A stretch of 64,000 nt of DNA, from positions 12,462,001 to 12,526,000 of the forward strand of contig CM106586.1 of NCBI GenBank assembly GCA_048013815.1. The letters run 5' to 3'. Within the stretch, counting starts at the first letter, position 1. Every line of letters begins with the position of its first letter. Both the position numbers and the translations under genes were made by a program. Of the stretch, positions 56,666 through 64,000 are shown one piece after another. The stretch is from Setoptus koraiensis. Taxonomy: Eukaryota; Animalia; Arthropoda. A model generated the notes under the pieces. The model ran no database searches, was not told the origin of the DNA, and was given only the letters and a program-made list of their open reading frames with translations.

Positions 56666-59600
56666 CTGTTAAGGCATGTGAATCGTCCGTGCTCGATACT
56701 ATATTTATTCGATGCTGTACTTTATTTATTGTATGTTCAATTCGAGGCCAAATAAATCTAAACAAAACAGTTACAATCTTAGTCATCAAATGTCTGGTTT
56801 CGGAAGGAAGCCGCTTGCTGGCCTGCCGTACTCGTACCTGTAATGCGGTGTAGTTCTGAGGAAAAAGTTAACAGGTAAGTATTTCCTTGGTGCCGTAACG
56901 GAATGAATCGATGAATATCTATATATATTTATATATACAATAATTGATAAGTATCATTTGGTGAGTTCAATTCCTGTGTTTTGCACCTGATTACCGGAGC
57001 TTCACTTGAGAGCAGTATTCTACGATGAAGAGAATCATGTTGGTAATCTAGGATTATTTGGGGTTTAGGTCATTAGCTATGGCTGACGAGTTTATTGAAG
57101 TGCTAGATTGACAGATAAGAGTTTAGAAATAGCGGATGGTCGGAATTTTTAGTTATGCTGAGTGAGAAAAAAGAATCAATGAAAGCATCGTTTATATTGT
57201 TTGTGCATTAATCGTACTGTAGGAAAAGTACCCTAATTAATAGCGAGATGTAGCTCAATGTGGCTTTACACTAGATGGCAGTATGAGCAGAATCGTTGCG
57301 TTGTTTCTAACAACCATCCAAGTCAATTAACCTTGACTTGAGCATCCAGCTGAAAACAATTTTCTCAACAGAAATTGCATATGCGACTGCTCGTGAGGAG
57401 CTACATCCACAAGCCATAACATAACCTTGTAGCCCAATGGAAGTGTTGCTTCACAGTCATCATTACAATTTATCCTATTACAATTTTTATTCCTCTGCAA
57501 GAAATCAACTGCAGGATCCCCAGTATGCACTATTAATGAACTTTTCATTCTATGGAGAATTGATGAATGTCAGATCCTAGCCATACTTTGAGCAATTTTT
57601 GAGCTCGTATAATTTCATCGAACAACAGGTCGATTGTGATCTTCCAAACGTGCACAACTTAGGCAAGGTTAAGAATCATCTCTGTTGGCTTGAGAGTCTT
57701 TCCTGACGGAGAAAGCTAGACGCCAAGATAGAATGACTTAGGGAATTTATAACTGTAAAAAATGGGGTCACTACATGTAGTAATGCCAACGAACTGATGG
57801 CAGAGACAGAGAGCTTCACTTTCCTTGAATCACTTAGGCCTAGAGAGCTCGGAAGGGACTCTATTCAGCTCTTTTTGAAGGTTCCAGAAGTTGACTTAAC
57901 TTGGGATGAGATTAATTAATCCCAGAACGACACACACACATATCAGTACTAATAGATTAGCGTACAGAACGACAGTTCACTTGTTGGTGTAGTGATGAGT
58001 GAAAAGATATCAGTATTCTTTTGTGAATAATTGATTTCAGTGATCAAGTTTAGATTTTTTCGCATCATAACATCGCAAAAATATAGATGATCGAATAGAT
58101 AATATTTAGACGACTTCATATTGGGGTATCTATCAACAAAAACAATCAAATATTTAGCGAGCTAGCGAGCGAGAGTGGCGAAAATATTGATTGATTCAAT
58201 TGTCAAGTGTACACGAGGCGTTATTCGTTCACGTGAAATGTTTTCAATAGCAACAATACAATTTTCGCGAATTAACAATATTTGGAACCATCTCAAGGTT
58301 GTTACAATGAGGACATTGATCTTGTTGTCATTTGTGCCACTTATGGGTCTTTGTAATTTGGTTACAATTAGATGCAATGATGATAATTGTAAAACATCAG
58401 ATAAAGGAGCACAATTAGCAATAAAATGTTGAAACGCATGGGGCTTGGTTATGGTTTGATTATCTGGTAATCTCTAACTGGGTGTCCCGAAAAGTAATCT
58501 ACGCATGCTCAGTGGGGGTTTCTGGGAGTGCTAACAAAAGTCCGCAACCACCATTGAGGCCTCTCGTACGCCGGCTAACTAATGAACAAAACTGTGAAAA
58601 AATGGCTAGAAAATACTGCAAGGTGGCCAGCTTGACACAGTTCTGAGACAGAGGCTGTTGGGGCCGAGCACGCAAACACAAGCGCAAAACCAGATAGCCA
58701 AACCGGATGTTGGCTCGTTAGATCAATGAATCATCTCACTTGTTGTCTATCGCTGTTGTTGTTCACTACTCTTTGATTGAACAATTCGTTGTGTTGTTAG
58801 TGGTGCACCTCAAAGTTGCATCTTGATTAATGTGTCAGTTAACGACAATAACAACAATAACAACAACAACAACGACATCGAGAGCCTAAACTGCAGAGGG
58901 CTCGATGTTGATGATAGTGCATGGTGGAAGTGATGAGCAACCCAATAATATTTTTGCCAATCATCACTAGTTACCTCCACCATTCCGATTGGCACAACAC
59001 TAGTCACATCCATCTGTCAAGTGACTAATCCTCGTGGTGTGGTGGTAATTTGTTGGCAGTAGCTTGGCAATGGAGCGGTATCTGAAGTGATTATCTCATT
59101 GTTATCAGGGCGATTTCGCATTAATTAATAGCTTGGCCATTATCACAACAACAACAACAGCGGCGGCGGCGGCAGCACTATATCAGCTATTTGCCTGCAA
59201 GTTAATTGGTTGGCCTACAAGTTGTATAGGTGGAAGATCCATTAGTAACACTTGCAAACAATCTGTCTCACAAGCTTTGTCAGTGCTAGCGTGGCGAGAC
59301 GCACACTACATGTATAAATATATATTGTCACAGTGATAAAATGATATGGTTGGCGTATCAATGGCGAAGAAATTGAGCGTTTGCCATGCCTGATATACTT
59401 GAACCATGCTATCGCTATTATATTGCTGCTCTTGTTATTCTTCGTCTTCTTCTTATTCTCATAGTTTACATGTGGGTATTGCCGAGTTACATCTTTGTTT
59501 ATCTGATTGTTTGTTTGTGCGAACTGTGTTTGTTGGCGCAACCAGCTGAGACTGGCGCTGTTGTTTGGCGCGCATCTTGGCACAGGTTGCGCAAACGGAG

Positions 59601-60066
59601 GGGCGAGCGCGCAAATGAACTTCAACATTGGTTCAACAGTGTTGAATCAAGACAACAATAGTGATGAATATTCATCGTGAATATTGTAATTGATGGGCAA
59701 CTGGGCGACAAATGAATACCGACAGCAACAAGCTAGTCGCTCGCTTGCACGATCTGTGCTGTGTGCGCACAAACAGTGAACTAGAATGGACTAATGATGA
59801 TAATTTTTTCTTGTCTTCAGAACTTCTCCTTGTGCGTGCGTGTGTGTGTGCGTGTGTGTGTAGGTTATGCGATAATCGTTCGTGTATCTCAGCGCCTATT
59901 CCACATCTCGGCCTTTTTGTTTGTTTCTCCGTTCTGTAAGCTGCGAGTTGTTGAGATAACTGTGTGGATGTGATATATATATACAACACAACACTACACA
60001 TATATACACATATATATAGACAAATCTATTACTGTTGTTATTATTATTATTTCTGTATTTATAATA

Positions 60067-63000
60067 ATGATGATAACTCCTGACTCTATATTACTGACAG
60101 TATATATTTATATTCAATTAAGACAACTCACAACAATAGCTGCAACCAACACTAACAGCACCACACCAAACGCAACCAGCACCGCAACAACAACCGCAGC
60201 AACATCGGCAACATCGGCAGCAGCAGCAGCAGCAGTGGTGGCAGCAACATCAGTGGCGACAGCAACCAAAATTACAAATTGTAACAATGGCGAACAATCC
60301 GACTATACGACCATAGATAACGACACCATTGTTGTAGGTTACCTAACAAGCATATTTGGCATTAGTAATTCGCCACGCCAGGGTATTGTTATTAGTGGCG
60401 CTATCAATTATGCCGTTAGCAAAGTCAACGCAAATCCACAATTGCTCAATGGTAAACGTGTTGTATTTATTTGTAATGACACACAAGGTGACGTATTATT
60501 GGGCACAGCGGCCATATTACATCAGCATCGTCGAGGCGCCATTGCATTCTTTGGACCGGAGGATTCGTGCGAGGTTGAGGCCACCATAGCGGCCGCCATT
60601 AATTTGCCATTGTTGTCTTATAAGTGCAGCGATTCTAAGGTGTCCAACAAGGACTTTTACAAGACATTTGTTAGAACGCATCCGCCCGATACACAAATAG
60701 TGCGCTCTGTTATAGCTTTATTAAGGAATTACAAATGGTACAAATTCTCTATTGTTTGCGAAACATCAACACAATATCTCACTGTTGCACGCAATTTAGC
60801 TGAACGGGCCAGAAGCTCTGGTTTTATCATCAATAGTGAAATTAAATTTGAAAACACTTATACCTGTTGCGAGGAACATAGGCCCTGTTGTCAGAATGCA
60901 TTCTTCAATATTATCGAAGAAACATTCAGAAAGACGCGTATATATATTTTTCTAGGCACCATTCAGGACCTCATGAACATGATGCAAGTGATGCAAATGA
61001 AAGGCATTCTAGATAGTGGCGAATATCTCGTCATTTACATTGATCTCGATCATTACTCTACTGCTGATTCCTATAAATATTTATGGAGAGGTGATATGAA
61101 TGTTGAAACAAAAGTCACCATGAACGAAGCTGCACGATCATTGCTTGTTGTTGTTGCTAGCCCGCCCACAGGTCCAGATTATGCCGAATTTGAGGAAAAT
61201 GTTAGACTATATGAAGCAATCCCACCATTTAACTTTACACAACCATTCCAGAATTACAAGAAGCACATAACAATTTATGCATCCTATTTATATGACGCAT
61301 TCATGTTATATATTGAAGCTTTAGCTCAAGTAATTAGCATAAATGACGACATCCATGATGGCGAAGCTATAGTCAAAAGAATTATACAAAGAAAAAAATA
61401 TAAAAGTGTCACTGGAGCATGGATGAACATAGACGCCAACGGTGATGTTGAGGGTAATTACAGTGTTCTAGCCAGATTTCCAAGGCCATACAATATGACT
61501 TTCAAAGGTTTGACGCTAGATGATGGACCAAAGTACACGATGCTGCCAGTGGGCAGCTTTGATTGCGACGACAGTCAAAATAATACACTACTTCGGCTAG
61601 AGGGATCCATAGACTGGATTAATGACGGTCGACCACCTCATGCTGAACCTCCTTGCGGCTATGATGGTAGTCTCTGTAGGAATCCAGACCATACACGTGG
61701 AATCCTAACAATTTTTTTATCTTGCGTTCTGGCAGCCACCTCCGTGATAGTGTCTATGCGATATCGAAGCTGGAAGAAAGAACAAGAAATAGCCGGATTG
61801 TTGTGGCGCATGCAGTTGTCAGATGTTCAATTTTGCTCTGGTGCATTACCTAGAACTAACAGTAAAACAAGCTTAATGAGTCAAATGTCCAGCGAATCTA
61901 GACTCAGGACGGAAATATTCACTCAAGTAGCTACTTACAAGGGAGTGATTGTGGCCGTCAAGAAATTACAATTCAACAAAAAGAATATCGACATACCCAG
62001 AGAAACCAAAATCGACATGAAACTCATGAAAGAAATTCATCACGACAATATCAACCAGTTTATTGGCGCTTGTATAGAACCTAACTGTGTGTATCTAGTC
62101 ACCGAATATTGTTCTAAAGGCAGTTTGCAGGATATTTTAGAAAATTCGGATATGAAATTGGATACCATGTTTATCGCATCACTTGTGTTTGATTTAATAT
62201 CAGGGTTGAATTATCTTCACGAAAGTGAATTGAAATGTCATGGAAATCTCAAATCTTCTAACTGTTTGATCACGTCCAGATGGGTGTTGCAAATAACTGA
62301 TTTTGGGTTACATTACTTCAGGTCATGCGCTCGTTCTCTAGTGCAACCACAAGAAAACTTGAGACATGCACACAATAGAAGTCTGTTATCGAAAGCACCG
62401 GAAATGTTGAGAAATGAGAATCTCTGCGGAAATCAAAAGACTGATATTTATTCGTTTGGAGTCATTCTTCATGAAATCATTGGTCGAAAAGGTCCGTTCG
62501 GCATAGATGCGACCTCAATGAAACCAGAAGAGATCATTGAACGCGTGAAAAATCCTCAGAAATGTTCACCCAGATTTTCGCCGGAAGTGATAAAACCCGG
62601 CACCGGTAATAATATTATCGGAAACAACGGTAACAATTTTAGTAACTTGCATAATAATAGTAATCATCTCCGCTCGCATGGTTTATTGCGGAACAAAACA
62701 TGCATAGACTTTACTGATAATCACACTAGAGGCAATAATCATAATCTTGTGCAACTGGAACAATATAATCAGCAAGCAGTTCGCTCGGGCAGTCTAGGAA
62801 ATACTACCGTTGAACTCGGAGAAGCTACCAGGAATGATTACTTTGAGCCTCTCATAACATTTCGACCAGACATCTCCATACTAGATTGTCCAGATTGTAT
62901 AATAGATACGATGAAAGACTGTTGGATGGAGAGGCCAGAATCCAGACCTGACATTGGAACAATCAGGCATAGATTAAAATCCATGCGGCAAGGTAGGAAG

Positions 63001-64000
63001 GTTAACATTGTTGACAACATGATGGCAATGATGGAAAAATACGCGAACAATTTAGAAGAATTGGTCGAGGATAGGACTCGCGAGCTTGTAGAAGAAAAGA
63101 AGAAGACTGAAGTTCTTTTGCACCGAATGTTACCATCATCTGTCGCTGATCAACTGATGACGGGAGAAGAAGTTAGACCTGAATCGTTTGACGCTGTCAC
63201 TATATTCTTTAGTGATATAGTTGGTTTCACAGAGATGTCTGCGACAAGCACTCCAATGCAAGTGGTGAGATTTTTAAATGATTTATATACCATGTTTGAT
63301 GCCACGATACAGAAGTATGATGTGTACAAAGTCGAGACGATCGGTGAGTTATCCAGCAATCAAAGAATTGTGAATTATGGTTATTTCTCTAAATGTGACA
63401 CTGAATGTTCCACTGTGATTCTAACTAATTGCATCGGTTAATTGCCACTAATAGGTGATGCTTATATGGTGGTAAGTGGCTTGCCAATTCGGAATGATGA
63501 CAGTCATGCGACAGAGATAGCCTCAATGGCTCTGGAGTTGATAGAATCTGTGAAACAATTCAAAATACATCATTTGCCAGACAGGATACTTCAACTGAGA
63601 GTGGGGCTTCATACAGGTGAGTTGATAGAGTTTGGGTAACCATATTCGACGAAAAAGAATATTATAATCCCATTTCAATGAATATTCGTCTAGAAATTCA
63701 CCACAATATTGATGATTTTGTTGAACTATTTGCTTGCAGGACCCGTTGTGGCAGGCGTTGTTGGCACAACAATGCCTAGATATTGTTTGTTCGGTGATAC
63801 GGTCAACACAGCTAGCAGAATGGAGTCAACCGGACTGGCATTAAGAATTCATACTAGCGAACAAACAAAAGAATATCTTGAGAAAACTGGTGAATATATA
63901 ATTCAAAAGAGGGACCAATTAGTTAATCTCAAAGGTAAAGGCGTCCGAGAGACTTATTGGCTTTTGGGTCATGTTGATGGCACAAAACAATATCGCCATG
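60067..64000 (+). CDS. Receptor-type guanylate cyclase (Gyc76C-like); exons ~60067-63343, 63455-63616, 63740->64000; runs off the window; 5' start uncertain
   Basis: ANF-receptor ectodomain ([22 protein letters not shown]), TM helix, kinase-homology domain ([18 protein letters not shown]), coiled coil and cyclase domain ([53 protein letters not shown]). The GT-AG introns are in frame. Confidence 0.95.

Larger units (their letters stand above)
50305..57070. repeat. ~6.8 kb imperfect palindrome (inverted segmental duplication): arms ~50305-53607 and ~53790-57070
   Basis: Orphan gene, spacer, UGT and promoter are mirrored in order. 50330-50720 is the reverse complement of 56670-57060, and 51190-51957 of 55423-56200. 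Confidence 0.92.

Noticed and set aside
57690-57740. YLGV*LSPSG on the minus strand, resembling a retrotransposon RT thumb motif
   Set aside because: An isolated short match without upstream RT motifs; the opposite strand gives the longer frame.
59386-59661. Hydrophobic 91-aa ORF upstream of the guanylate cyclase as a possible signal-peptide exon
   Set aside because: No convincing in-frame splice to the main exon could be built, so the 5' end is left unresolved.

Overview
This is compact, intron-poor eukaryotic DNA, most likely from an acariform mite and possibly an eriophyoid. That is an inference from tight gene packing, mostly single-exon housekeeping genes, a gustatory receptor and intronless cytosolic bacterial-type UDP-glycosyltransferases. 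About 22 protein-coding genes are recognisable: GR, arfaptin, NDUFA3-like, CRAL-TRIO, a TRIP4-type zinc-finger mini-protein, a YAP/Yorkie-type TEAD-binding protein, DDX1, SNX20/21, SSR1, PYROXD1, IBA57, ELOVL, GCP3, PGRMC, TAF1, three UGT copies, a receptor guanylate cyclase and several secreted or orphan proteins. No rRNA, tRNA, CRISPR array or intact transposon was found. Five things stand out: (1) a WW-less, LATS-site-less Yorkie-like TEAD binder; (2) a ~6.8 kb imperfect palindrome carrying mosaic UGTs and a pair of orphan coiled-coil genes that diverge faster than their non-coding flanks; (3) domain-stripped TAF1, TRIP4 and GCP3; (4) small secreted peptides resembling antimicrobial peptides or effectors; (5) an ELOVL relic between two copies of a conserved non-coding element. 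All calls and identity figures are by-eye recognition; no searches were run.
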